A stretch of DNA of 63,049 nt, counting the filler, from Rhabdomonas costata (Eukaryota), in NCBI GenBank assembly GCA_019059605.1. It is 51 parts of 51 records of this genome, joined end to end, with 100 filler letters (N's around TTAATTAATTAA, not from the genome) between each part and the next. Parts side by side here need not be neighbours in the genome. Positions count along the whole stretch, not along the records: positions 1 to 1,139 come from JAHMHO010026660.1; positions 1,240 to 2,375 come from JAHMHO010026661.1; positions 2,476 to 3,614 come from JAHMHO010026662.1; positions 3,715 to 4,853 come from JAHMHO010026663.1; positions 4,954 to 6,092 come from JAHMHO010026664.1; positions 6,193 to 7,331 come from JAHMHO010026665.1; positions 7,432 to 8,571 come from JAHMHO010026666.1; positions 8,672 to 9,810 come from JAHMHO010026667.1; 43 more parts are not named here. One strand, 5' to 3'. The notes beneath the pieces are model-generated. The model was not told the DNA's origin, made no database searches, and saw only the letters and a list, made by a program, of their open reading frames with translations. Positions 1-10,794 of this stretch are shown piece after piece (position 1 is the stretch's first letter; every line of letters starts with the position of its first letter). Made by a program: the position numbers and the translations under genes.

Positions 1-82
1 GTGTTGTTGGCTGTGCTGTGTTTCACCATTTCCTTTGACCTCTGAGCTTCCGTGTTTGTGTTTGCTGCGACGTGTGACGCAG

Positions 83-206
83 GTGGGATGACGACGTCGT
101 CTTCCGGAACCAGTCCCGCTCCGAGCCCGAGCACAAGAAACGGTTCATTAATGACATGCTGCGCTCGGACTTTCACAAGCGGTTCATGAGCAAATACCTC
201 AAGTGA
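83..206 (+). CDS. CWC15: Terminal exon of spliceosome-associated protein CWC15
   Basis: After AG at 81-82: (R)[40 protein letters not shown], the conserved Cwc15 C-terminus ([15 protein letters not shown].+FM.KY). Confidence 0.92.
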
Positions 207-1139
207 GAGATGCTGTCATTGCCCAGCGGCTGCTTGTGCTTCACGTCTCCAAGGAGTTCGTGTGAACATTACGCACCTGACAACCCTTTGGTCGTGGACC
301 AGCGCCCCCCCAAGGTGGAGCCCATGACCGCAGAATGCTGGCCTCGCTTGCACTTGTGCTTCTTCCTTTCCACTGGACTTGTGTAGATTATCGTGCCTGA
401 CGGGCTTGAGTGAACCTCTTTTGACCTCGTCAATCATGCCTGATCATTTTTTAAATGTGCTCTTTATAGTCTATTGCAGGTCATGGCTGAGCGGGGTTTC
501 TCAAGCGTCCGTTCTGAGAGTCCGAAAGTTACTCATGGTGGCCCTTCCCGCATCCCCCCCCCCCACGGCATGAGAGTTCGGATTTGGCGTCGGTTTTGTC
601 CTTGCTGAGGTGGCTCTACTATCTACTATGATATTCAGTTGAGTGATAATAGGGTGTAGAGAAAGGGATCAAGGGGTCAAGGGGTGCAACCCCAGGCGCC
701 AAGTGAGTCATATGAGGCAGCGGTTGAGCAGAGCGAAAGGAGGCCGCTTCGGCTCTTCCTGATTCTTTCGAAAATCGATTGAAAGAAATGACGGACAACA
801 AGGCTCGGCATAGGTCGCGAGCAATACGTCAGAATGAGGGCAGAAAGAAAAGGTTCAAGCGAAGAAGGATGCAATGCATCTAAAAGCAGCCGTGAGAAGC
901 GGCGGGAAGAGGGAGAGTTGTTGTTGTCCTTTGGGGTAGGGAAAAAATCCGAGTATCTCCTGAGGATGTCATGAATCCTTTTCTATCTGACATCACCACG
1001 TCAACTATGGTAAGCGGAGTCTCCCCGTTGGCCTTTTGAACGTTTCGGATCATTATAATGGTGGTTTGATTGTCTGTCGAACCATTTTTTTCATTTCCAT
1101 TCCATTGTTGGCAAGGTGACAAATGCGGGAAGAGGATTT

Positions 1140-1239
1140 NNNNNNNNNNNNNNNNNNNNNNNNNNNNNNNNNNNNNNNNNNNNTTAATTAATTAANNNNN
1201 NNNNNNNNNNNNNNNNNNNNNNNNNNNNNNNNNNNNNNN
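1140..1239. other. Artificial contig linker N44-TTAATTAATTAA-N44 (first of 50, recurring about every 1.24 kb up to 61812-61911)
   Basis: Identical 100-nt spacer with stops in all six frames between near-equal-length contigs; explains ORF-track proteins ending in XXX...LIN. Confidence 0.99.
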
Positions 1240-1415
1240 TCACCACTGGCGACCGTTCCCAACGCCGTCCCCAGCATCAACTGCACGCTGATACCAGTGG
1301 CTGAAAAGGCAGCACCAATCATTAAAAATTGAACAGGAAGCGTTGCTCAAACAACTGGTGCAGGCAGAAGGGGTTTATGCGAAAGCACAGCGATGCGGGA
1401 AGGGGCGAGCCATAC

Positions 1416-2262
1416 GCCATCAGCTCGACAGTGGTGTTTCCATCAAAAGGGAGTACTCCAGTCGCCAGCTCGAAAATCGTAATCCCCACAGCCCAAATGT
1501 CACAGGAACTGTTGTAACTGAAAAGCAAAATATCCACGTCAACCACTCCTGAAAATAAGGAAGTAGGGTGAGAGGAGCATTGATAAGCTCATACCAGCAT
1601 TTAGCTTCGAACATTTCAGGGGCTTCATAAACCAAAGTGCCTGAGAACAACAGGATTAAGTCGTAGCAGAACTGGAAAAGAAAGGTGTGAAAAAATGGGC
1701 AAATCCGTACCGCAACGAGTTTCGGCAAAGTCACCCTATGAAAATATTCAGCCAAACAACAAGAAAAACGGCGAGAGCAGAACTTTCCGAATCTAACGAA
1801 ATCTCTGAGTCTAATCCCGAACCGACCTCCAATGGGCCTGGACATACCGTGTCTCGCAGCGTCTTGCTGAGCCCCAGGTCGGCAATCTGTACATCGCCAG
1901 CAGCGTTAATCAGGATATTGCTAGGCTGGAAGCAAAAAAAAGAAATTGTCTTAGGAACTTCCAAAAAAGGATGTTATGACCAAAAGCGGAAGCAAATGCC
2001 CCCCGCCTTCCCACCTTGATGTCTCGGTGCAACACAAGATTATCATGCAAAAACTTGATTCCCTGAAGAGGACATGCAGCAGAGAAAAAAGCAGCAAGGA
2101 TAAAGGGGGTGGGAATACATGGATCACCATTTGATGTAGACCCACCATCTCCTGTGGAGTGAATCATATGGAGTGTAAAGCCAGTCACCACTGGGATGTG
2201 GGATGGTAACCTGAAAAATCTGGATCACGTAGCACCAAAAGCCACTCTCATCAGAAATCTTC
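1416..2262 (-). CDS. Ser/Thr protein kinase, NEK-like, partial; six short exons (2262-2211, 2062-2015, 1925-1848, 1735-1711, 1640-1595, 1517-~1416)
   Basis: GT-AG splicing gives in-frame KISDESGFWCYVIQIFQ/GIKFLHDNLVLHRDIK/PSNILINAAGDVQIADLGLSKTLRDT/GDFAETRCG/TLVYEAPEMFEAKCC/YNSSCDIWAVGITIFELATGVLPFDG, containing HRD, DLG, APE and subdomain IX. Confidence 0.9.
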
Positions 2263-5200
2263 CTGCAGAGCCAGAGGCGACGCAATACTGTCACACGCAA
2301 ACTCAGAAATCCAAAGAACGAAACGACGGGAGCACATCAGCGCACCCCACTTTGTGCTGCAGGTCACCACACACANNNNNNNNNNNNNNNNNNNNNNNNN
2401 NNNNNNNNNNNNNNNNNNNTTAATTAATTAANNNNNNNNNNNNNNNNNNNNNNNNNNNNNNNNNNNNNNNNNNNNTTTTGCATACGTTTGGGGTTTGTGG
2501 AGTGCTTGTGCAGAGCGGTATACTTTTTGGTAGCGCTCTCCGCAAAAAAAAAAAAACGCAAGGCGACGAAAGTGCGAGGAGCTGGCACAATTTTCTCTGA
2601 GGGTGGTTTGGTGTGTGTGGGAGGTGGGATGTTCTGTAGATACTGCTGTGTTTCTTTCATCGGGTTTGTCGGCTGTTTGCAGCGGTCTCCGTGACCCCAG
2701 ACGTATACAGAGCCCCCGATTGCGGGAAGGAACCTCCCGTTTTGGTTCGGCTCCGCCAGAATTTGTGCAAGGGCGAGGGGGTCCTCTTCGCCTTGTGGGC
2801 TAAGAATCAGGGAGTAGGGAGGGAGTAGGAACGCTAACCTGATCAATGGTGGCGACCAACGTACGGTAATAGTGTGTGTGGTATCCAAAACTGATGCTTT
2901 ACCTGCCGCTGCAGCACCACGAGCTTGCCTCAGTCCATAAAGTCGTGCTGCCTTGCTGGTCCGTTAAATCCTAAGTGCAGGCTCGACCTCAACTGGCAGT
3001 ATTTTTGGATCTGTCCCTTCACCGAACTCTCAGAGGAAGGAACTCTGCATTCTGGTTAAGCAATCGCTTGCAGTAAAATAGGATCAATGCGCATCAAGAG
3101 TTCCAAGGACGCCTGGGGCCCCTGTTCGACTCAAGGGCACGGAGAGTGTGTAACGGACCCTCTTCTAGTTCGGGAGATGCAGTGTATGTAAACAACTCCT
3201 GTCTCGACGTCGACTTCTGCAGCGTCCACAATTTTATACGCTTCCTGCTAAAGAACGACGACACAAGCTTTGCCACATTCCAGGACAATAGTTGCGCACA
3301 GGGCCGACGTTTGTTGAGAGTTCTTTGCGAAACGCAGGTGGTGGTCGAGCATGGGGCGACATGGAACGCGAGAGAAAAGTGCCGGAAATTGAAACACAGC
3401 ACACAGCAAGTTCCGGATGTATTTAGGGATACATTTTGAACTGTTGTCGTATGCACGTGCCCACATTTGGCCAGCAGATAATGCTATTATGTCATATGGA
3501 CCTTAGCCAGACCTTTTCGTGGCAATCGTTTTCAACCTCAAAATTCTGACATGACTCGGGCCACGTTACAACCCTCAAATGCTTTCTTTTCAAAACAGCC
3601 TCAAATTCCCCTTCNNNNNNNNNNNNNNNNNNNNNNNNNNNNNNNNNNNNNNNNNNNNTTAATTAATTAANNNNNNNNNNNNNNNNNNNNNNNNNNNNNN
3701 NNNNNNNNNNNNNNGGTTTTTTGGGAGGGGAAGAGGAGGAGCGTGTAGAAGCACCCTCACCCTGGGACTTGATCAGAAGCTGCAATAGGACTGCAAAATA
3801 GGTGCGGTGACGTGGATTCCCGAAAAGGCACCACCGAAGGGAGCACTGGATGCAACACTGGAGCTTCTCACTCACTCACTTTCTCAGTGGCTGCAAAAGG
3901 CGACGACAGGTCAAAATGAGCTTGCACTCGGCGTGCACGACGATGTTCAAGCACTCTAGCCTGCCAGAAACAGTGAATGTGAACGCTTTATGGAAATGTG
4001 TGGCTTTCCTACCCCGAAAAAAGCAAAGCAGGGGACACATTTCTCTTCACAACTTGTGGAAACTGTGTCAGTGATCGACTAACGGTGTGCCATCGTTGCT
4101 CTAGCACTCAACATTGTTGTTGTGCCCAAGGGGAGCGCTACTATGCGAGTGCAGCCTGGCGGCTCGAGGATTGTGCCTTGCGGACACAGGAGATAACTCA
4201 GAAATTTCATTGCCTGCCAGCAGCGGCAATATCGAAGAAATATTTCACGCAGTTGTGTGTGTCGTCATCGCCCTCGCCAAGCACGCTGAACTCCTATTCG
4301 TCTGGAACGCTTCACACCTTTCCGTTTCCGAAGAAGACGGCAGGTGGGAATGAGAGTCTGGCCTCATCTTTTAACTTTTGGGTGCAAAATTATCAACCAC
4401 AATGGCACAATGGCGGGTCACCCAAAGGCACGCAGAGAATCAAAACAAAAATGGATTTCTCGACTCGCATGCTCATGCTCTGGTATAGATCACGGCAGAG
4501 TTCGAGATACCACCAACCTCGTTTAAACAAAGGGCCACCTCGATCTCGATTTTTACACCCCGCCCCCCGCTCCCCCTGCCAGGGTCCATCGAAGGTTAGC
4601 TTTCACGATCCAAAAGAAGCGCCTGCCTTCTTACAAAGGCACGAGCGAAACAGGTGCAATGAGTAACCTTCGAAGCCTGTACAGAAAAACGGTTCCTGCT
4701 GGATCTACCAAAAGCCCAACAGACAGGCACACCCATGTACACCCTGCTGGCACAAGACAAGAAGGACGCACTACGGCACACCCCAGCATTCGCTGCTGTG
4801 CCTTCTACTGTTCAGATATCGACAAGCTGCAGGTCCCCCAGGCCAACCAACCCNNNNNNNNNNNNNNNNNNNNNNNNNNNNNNNNNNNNNNNNNNNNTTA
4901 ATTAATTAANNNNNNNNNNNNNNNNNNNNNNNNNNNNNNNNNNNNNNNNNNNNTTGGGGATCACCACTTCCAGAAAGCCTGTGACGCGCGTTGAGCACTT
5001 CCGGGGCTTGCATTGATATGCACAAAGGAAACGGATGGAATTGCACTCAGCCGCCTTCGCAGCGCGGCAAGGTCATTCCCGATTCCGCTTTTTTGGTGAT
5101 CTGAAGGTTGTGATGTTTTCTCCTCCTTCTGGGAGTGTGCAAGGGCGCGCAAACTTCAACTACAAAACCCAAAACTCCTGGAAAATTGACTGAGTATCGG

Positions 5201-6192
5201 CTGCCATTCCGCGTGGATGGTGTGCTTTGGACTGCTGATACCTGTGTGTGCTTTGGCTTCTCCCCTTCTAAATAACACGCGCGCATGGGTGTGAGTGTGC
5301 CCTTTGCCTTTCATAGCTTTGCTCTGCGCTGATATCGGCTTCGGAATGCATCTCTTCTGCTCTGTTCTCTCGGTGTTGTTCTTCCACAGTTCGCACCGGG
5401 TTACACTGCGCTTTTCCAAGGCCTTCTTCTCAACTGTCGCTGCTGGCCTTGGCCTTGCTGCCCCAACCATCCGCATGCTGCACTTTGCCGCCACATTTAT
5501 TTCATCCCGGGGCTGCATTGCACGTTCAAGTTCTCTGCGGCCTTGTCCTCTTCAACCGCTTCCTTTTGAACGGCTCTCTTTCGCCATCCTGCGCCTTTTT
5601 CTTCATGCTTTCCGCCGCCACTGCATCCAGAAATCTGCTCAAAGCTTCAGCTTGACCGCCTCTGCTGCCAAAACTCTCTTTCGGAACCTCTTCCCGAAAA
5701 AACCTGCTTTTCACATTTGCTTCTCCATCGACCTTTGCTCTCCGCAACTGTCATCTTCCAAAACTGTCTTTACGTACTGCGTGCTGCGGGCTTCCTCCTG
5801 CACAAGGATATCTGTTGTGTCCGCTCAGAACACATAACTCAGTCGCTAGCACTGTTAAGTCTGCATCTCATATCCCAATGATGCCGCAGTCCTTTGTGCA
5901 TTCCAATGAAGCATCCTTCTTACCCATTGGCTTCTGCCCACACAAAAATCCCCTTTGGATCAGATCGTGCCTTCCACCAGTTTCTCCCGAAATTCTATCG
6001 GTTTTGGTTACATCTTTCCCATTCACCCATTTTCCCCACGAAATCCTCTTTCCTGTTGTGCCCCATGACAAGTCCCATTCTCCAACACCCCCNNNNNNNN
6101 NNNNNNNNNNNNNNNNNNNNNNNNNNNNNNNNNNNNTTAATTAATTAANNNNNNNNNNNNNNNNNNNNNNNNNNNNNNNNNNNNNNNNNNNN

Positions 6193-6682
6193 TATATTCG
6201 TCTATTTCAATGATTATTTTATATTCAGGTAAATAAACATCAACTCTGTAATCATCTATTTTATGTTGAAAGATGTATTTTATTTTAATTTCATTAAAAA
6301 AAATTTCTAAATATTTAAGTATTACTGCTTCTTTACATAATATTTTTTGTTTTATATTAACACCCAATGAATTAGCGATTTCATCAACATTTCGATGTCT
6401 TGATTTGTAAACAAGTTCTTCAACACCATCTTTTGTTAAATATATTGTATTTTTTGTGTTTTTTTTGTGTTTATCATTTTTTCTTAGTGTTTCGTCATCA
6501 TATAAATCTTTTAATCGTTTTTTATATTTGTTTTCTAGTCTTTCTATACTAGATCTATGATTTTGACGTATTCCATCTTGGTGTAGTGTGTGTATGACAT
6601 CTATTCCTCTGTAATAATCTTCGTTATTTTTCGTTAAAATTTCAACCTCTATATTATTTATCGTTATTATTTTTTGTTTCAT
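6193..6682 (-). CDS. Bro-N-like plus Vsr/DUF559-like PD-(D/E)xK endonuclease, 5' part (virus-like)
   Basis: AT-rich and intronless. N-terminus NNEDYYRGIDV...TIYLTKDGVEELVYKSR is Bro-N-like; YIFQHKIDDYRVDVYLPEYKIIIEIDE is the Vsr/DUF559 core. Confidence 0.8.
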
Positions 6683-6772
6683 CTTGATAAGTTTTATTTT
6701 ATTATTATATTAAATATATTCTAGTCTTTAAATAATTATATAAAAATAGTGTTACTTTTTGATTTTATGTTA

Positions 6773-6821
6773 TTTTACATTTCAAACAGATATTAAATGT
6801 GTATCTGTTTGAAATGTAAAA
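6773..6821. terminator. Perfect 20-bp palindromic hairpin; candidate transcript 3'-end signal or origin
   Basis: TTTTACATTTCAAACAGATA-ttaaatgtg-TATCTGTTTGAAATGTAAAA, about 225 nt downstream of the minus-strand stop at 7047. Confidence 0.55.
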
Positions 6822-7046
6822 GTAATAAGATACATTAATGCGCAATTTATGGTTACTTATACATTATAATGTTAATAAATATTATATATTGTATTTTTGT
6901 TGTAAACAACAAACTTTTATAAAAAATGTTATTAGATCTCAAGGATCTTAGATTTCAAGGATATTGATCATTGATATCTATGCGCATCTTTGTCCGCGAT
7001 TTTATGTTATTACATATGTAATAAAAATGTATTTTATAAATTTATG

Positions 7047-7331
7047 TTATATGGATGTTATCTGATGTATTATGTTAAATATATGATTGTATCTAATTTG
7101 ATATATAATAGTAGTTATTTTTCCTACTAATTTCATTACATTGCCATCTCCATCTGGATCATATTTTATTAATCTATTACATTTGTTTTCTAATTTAAAT
7201 TGTCGTGTTTTTTCATAAATTTTATTTCTATCTATATGATTATATTCGTCTATTTCAATGATTATTTTATATTCAGGTAAATAAACATCAACTCTGTAAT
7301 CATCTATTTTATGTTGAAAGATGTATTTTAT
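7047..7331 (-). CDS. 3' part of the same Bro-N/Vsr-like endonuclease, joined through the terminal direct repeat
   Basis: Reads ...IEIDEYNHIDRNKIYEKTRQFKLENKCNRLIKYDPDGDGNVMKLVGKITTIIYQIRYNHIFNIIHQITSI* (TAA 7049-7047) and completes the domain (DE..H, E..RQ, Y/F.PD). Confidence 0.8.
   Translation of the reverse strand: MKYIFQHKIDDYRVDVYLPEYKIIIEIDEYNHIDRNKIYEKTRQFKLENKCNRLIKYDPDGDGNVMKLVGKITTIIYQIRYNHIFNIIHQITSI
7241..7331 (+). repeat. 91-nt perfect terminal direct repeat, identical to 6193-6283
   Basis: Base-by-base identity of contig start and contig end. Confidence 0.95.
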
Positions 7332-9286
7332 NNNNNNNNNNNNNNNNNNNNNNNNNNNNNNNNNNNNNNNNNNNNTTAATTAATTAANNNNNNNNNNNNN
7401 NNNNNNNNNNNNNNNNNNNNNNNNNNNNNNNGTGGTGGGTTGAAGAAAGAAGAATTCGGGAAAGCTCGAAGATTATTACAAGAATGTCCCAAAAGGCGGA
7501 ATTCAATGAAAGTAGATTACTTCGAAAGAAGAAATTCAACTGCATCGAAGGATGTTGTTTGCGAATTCTCTGGACGAGTTTTTCGGTCAGAGTGGTCCTT
7601 TTGTTGGATTAGTGTTTTGCTGCCGACGAAAGGGGATGGGAAGAGTGTAATCGAAGGGTTTGGCCTTTGATTTCCTTTGTTTGTGCTTCTGTTGGTTGTG
7701 CGTTGTAATTAAGTTGCAAGGGAGCAGCGCGGAGGCGAAAGAGCCGGAGCAAAACCCAGAGAGAGGTAGAGTGAGGGAATCGTAGCTGCTGCAGTTGTGG
7801 TTGTGAACGCTGCTGTGCTTGCACTGTTGCTGCGTAGGTGCTGCGTAAGTCACAGCCTGCTTGAACTGAGGAGAGAGGCAGAAGGGGTAGTGTCACGTCC
7901 CGGCTTGCAACCTCACCACTCTAAGCTTTCTTTCGGTCAATGCAACTGCTTTTCTGTACAAAGACACAGAGCCGGTAAAGCCCACTCTGAGCTCAACATT
8001 CCCTTACGGAATCTCTTTCAAAACCACTTAGCTGTCACGAAACAACTTCTCTTGCAAACGTGATACCTCACTGTCCTGAGCCGTTACAGCGAGCCAGAGT
8101 CGCACCCAGCCCGCCCCCGTGAATAAGCAGAGCCCGAGGCCGCAACCCCGCAGAAATCAAGACACCAGGTTCCCCATTGCAAAGATCGTACCCCCTTTCT
8201 CTTCTGTTGGTTCGCGGGGTGACCCCGGAGTGGTCGAAAAGCCAGCCTAAAAAAGAGAGATCGCCTCGCCGCCCCCTTTGCATAACGCACCCAAGCACCC
8301 AGAAAAGACCGAAAACCCTTGCACGCCTCCCCCCGTTGCAGCATCAGACAGGACACTCTCACACCTGATCGAGGGAGACCTCAGGTTCCCTCGCACGCCG
8401 GACTTTGGACGCAAGTCGAAGCCGTACCGGTCGTAAGAAAGTCACGCTCTTGGGGACACCCAAGGTAAGCCGTGACAGCGCCCACTTTGCGAAAGCATAG
8501 TCGGGATACGGCTGCTGAACACCGAGCCCAGTGGACCCACCGGCCGACGCCGGGTTACACGTAAGTGGTGANNNNNNNNNNNNNNNNNNNNNNNNNNNNN
8601 NNNNNNNNNNNNNNNTTAATTAATTAANNNNNNNNNNNNNNNNNNNNNNNNNNNNNNNNNNNNNNNNNNNNGGGGTTGTTTGTTAAGACATATGGCCACC
8701 GTTGACGTGTGTTTGGGCGGAATGTCCGTGGGCCATGCAAATGTCGCGTTCGAATTCTCTTCTGTTTGTGGCTGTTATTCTTGAACAGCGTACGGGGTGG
8801 GGCAACCTATAGTTGGCTCCACCGTGATCTGAGACTTTTGTCAGAGCAGTTCAAGCACTCACTGGGTTTGGGGCTGAGCGGAACTAAATCAGGGCATTCA
8901 GTGTGTAGCCTGATGTTTGCCGTTGAAGGTGCACCCGAAACGCACCTATGTCACCTTCAAAACGACTGTTTTTAGGCCGAAACTTCGCCTTTGCACTGTT
9001 AAAGTCTGAAAAGGACAGGAGATTTACTCCTAAAAATCCCCGCACCTTTCGCCCCAGGCCAAACCTCAAACGATGGGCTGCTCTCATCTCCACGTACATT
9101 ACATGTTTGAGACGAGCAGCATAAAAACAGGGTAAAAAGACTTCTGTTCGCAGACTAATCACTCAGTTTCCGGGTGGAGCTAGCCTTATGAACAGAATAT
9201 TCTCAACAAAAAGCAAAAAGGGGGGAAAGGGGGGGTTGTGCATTGGAACTGCTTAACTGCTTCATGTTTTGCATCACCCCTTGCAG

Positions 9287-9810
9287 GTTGCCAAGCGTTA
9301 CCTCCGCAAGGACGAGTTCCTTGAGGACTATATCTGTGCTCACATGGCCCAGAGCTACGCCAAGAAGTTCAACGAAAAGAATCCTTACAAGAAGGTTTGC
9401 CCCCTCCATTCACTATTTTTTTTTCGCATGATTGTTGAGATGAGGACATTTTACTCGTTGAATTTCTTTAGTCAAGGCAATTTTTGAAATTCGGCGGCAG
9501 CGTCAGAGTGTTCAGGGTCCATGGAAAGGAAAGGAAATAATTCACACCGGTGAGCAAGGCAGGATGAAGACTGAAGTGAGAAAGTGAAGAGGGCATCGAG
9601 CAGAATGTGGTGAAAGCAGTTGAGCAAAAACCGAGTTAAACAGTGCAACTTTTCTGAATTTTAATAATGGAGTGCGTTGTCTCCCGCAGATTCGGTTTCT
9701 CGTGCCCAATAAGATCATGACCTTCAACGGGGTGAAGTACAGCCTGGAGGAGTTTCTGGAGGGCCGCTGGCAGAAGCACAACAACATCTTTGGCATGATG
9801 GAGTCCAACC
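9287..9810 (+). CDS. Alpha-kinase (eEF2K/MHCK family), two exons 9287-9394 and 9690->9810
   Basis: VAKRYLRKDEFLEDYICAHMAQSYAKKFNEKNPYKK/IRFLVPNKIMTFNGVKYSLEEFLEGRWQKHNNIFG; VAK, A..YA..FN and E.FLEG...K.NN motifs; GT-AG intron. Confidence 0.85.
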
Positions 9811-10659
9811 NNNNNNNNNNNNNNNNNNNNNNNNNNNNNNNNNNNNNNNNNNNNTTAATTAATTAANNNNNNNNNNNNNNNNNNNNNNNNNNNNNNNNNN
9901 NNNNNNNNNNCAGTTCAAGGTAATTTTTGTGTTGCCTAGCCAGGTGGGTGAGCTGTTGCTCTGGTGCACTGGCTCTTCGTGGATAAGTAAGAACCGGTCA
10001 GCTCCTTTATTCCGAAACGTAACTGGAAACCCGCAGCACACCAGATGTCGGCTCTTGACCTGTGAGCTGATTGTGCAAAAATATTGAGAGAGAGAGAGAG
10101 AGAGTACACTAGGGAAGAGGCATGGGAGTTGGGGGCGGTGAAACAATTGTAGCAATGCAATCTGAGGTATGGCAAAAGTTCACGTGACCTTTTGGTTTGT
10201 AGCACCTTCGAGCGGTTGTTGTGTGTGCTGGACATTGGTCGCACTATTGAGCAGGTAGACCGATTGTTGGAGATCCAGTGTCACTGGTTGGACGTTTCCT
10301 CAGGCCTCGGGAGCACTATCGGACGAGCGGCTACTCAACATGCGGCGCCGCTTCAAGGAAGTTCTGGAATACCAGGTCGCCTTCTCCCTCCTTCCTTCTC
10401 CCTAACTCCTGTCGGACCCTTCTGACCACTTCTTTGCGTTTTTGTTGTGTTGTTCTGACGACTCCTTCTTTTTTTTCTGCCCCTGCGGTGGAGTCAAGAA
10501 AAAAGCGTTGTTGTGGAATTGTTTATGTCTGTGATTGTGTGGGCGTCCTGCCGAGCCCCCCTTTCACTTGAAAAACTTTTCTCACTGCGGAATCGCTGCT
10601 TGGGAACAGCTTCTGGATACGCTTGCTCGGAAACTGTCCTCTCCCCCTCCCCGCTACAG

Positions 10660-10794
10660 GTTCACCGTCTGGACGAGTTCTGGCGAATGTTCGAGACTTT
10701 CGAGAACGATAACCTTGAGAATTTGTACCCCAATCCTGGCCGCCCCGGGGATGATAAGCAGGCGGTGTGTGAATGCGGAGCAATGAAATTCTGG
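10660..10794 (+). CDS. Internal exon of unknown protein
   Basis: Pyrimidine tract plus CAG, 45 codons (VHRLDEFWRMFETF...CECGAMKFW), GTAAGC donor. Confidence 0.5.
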
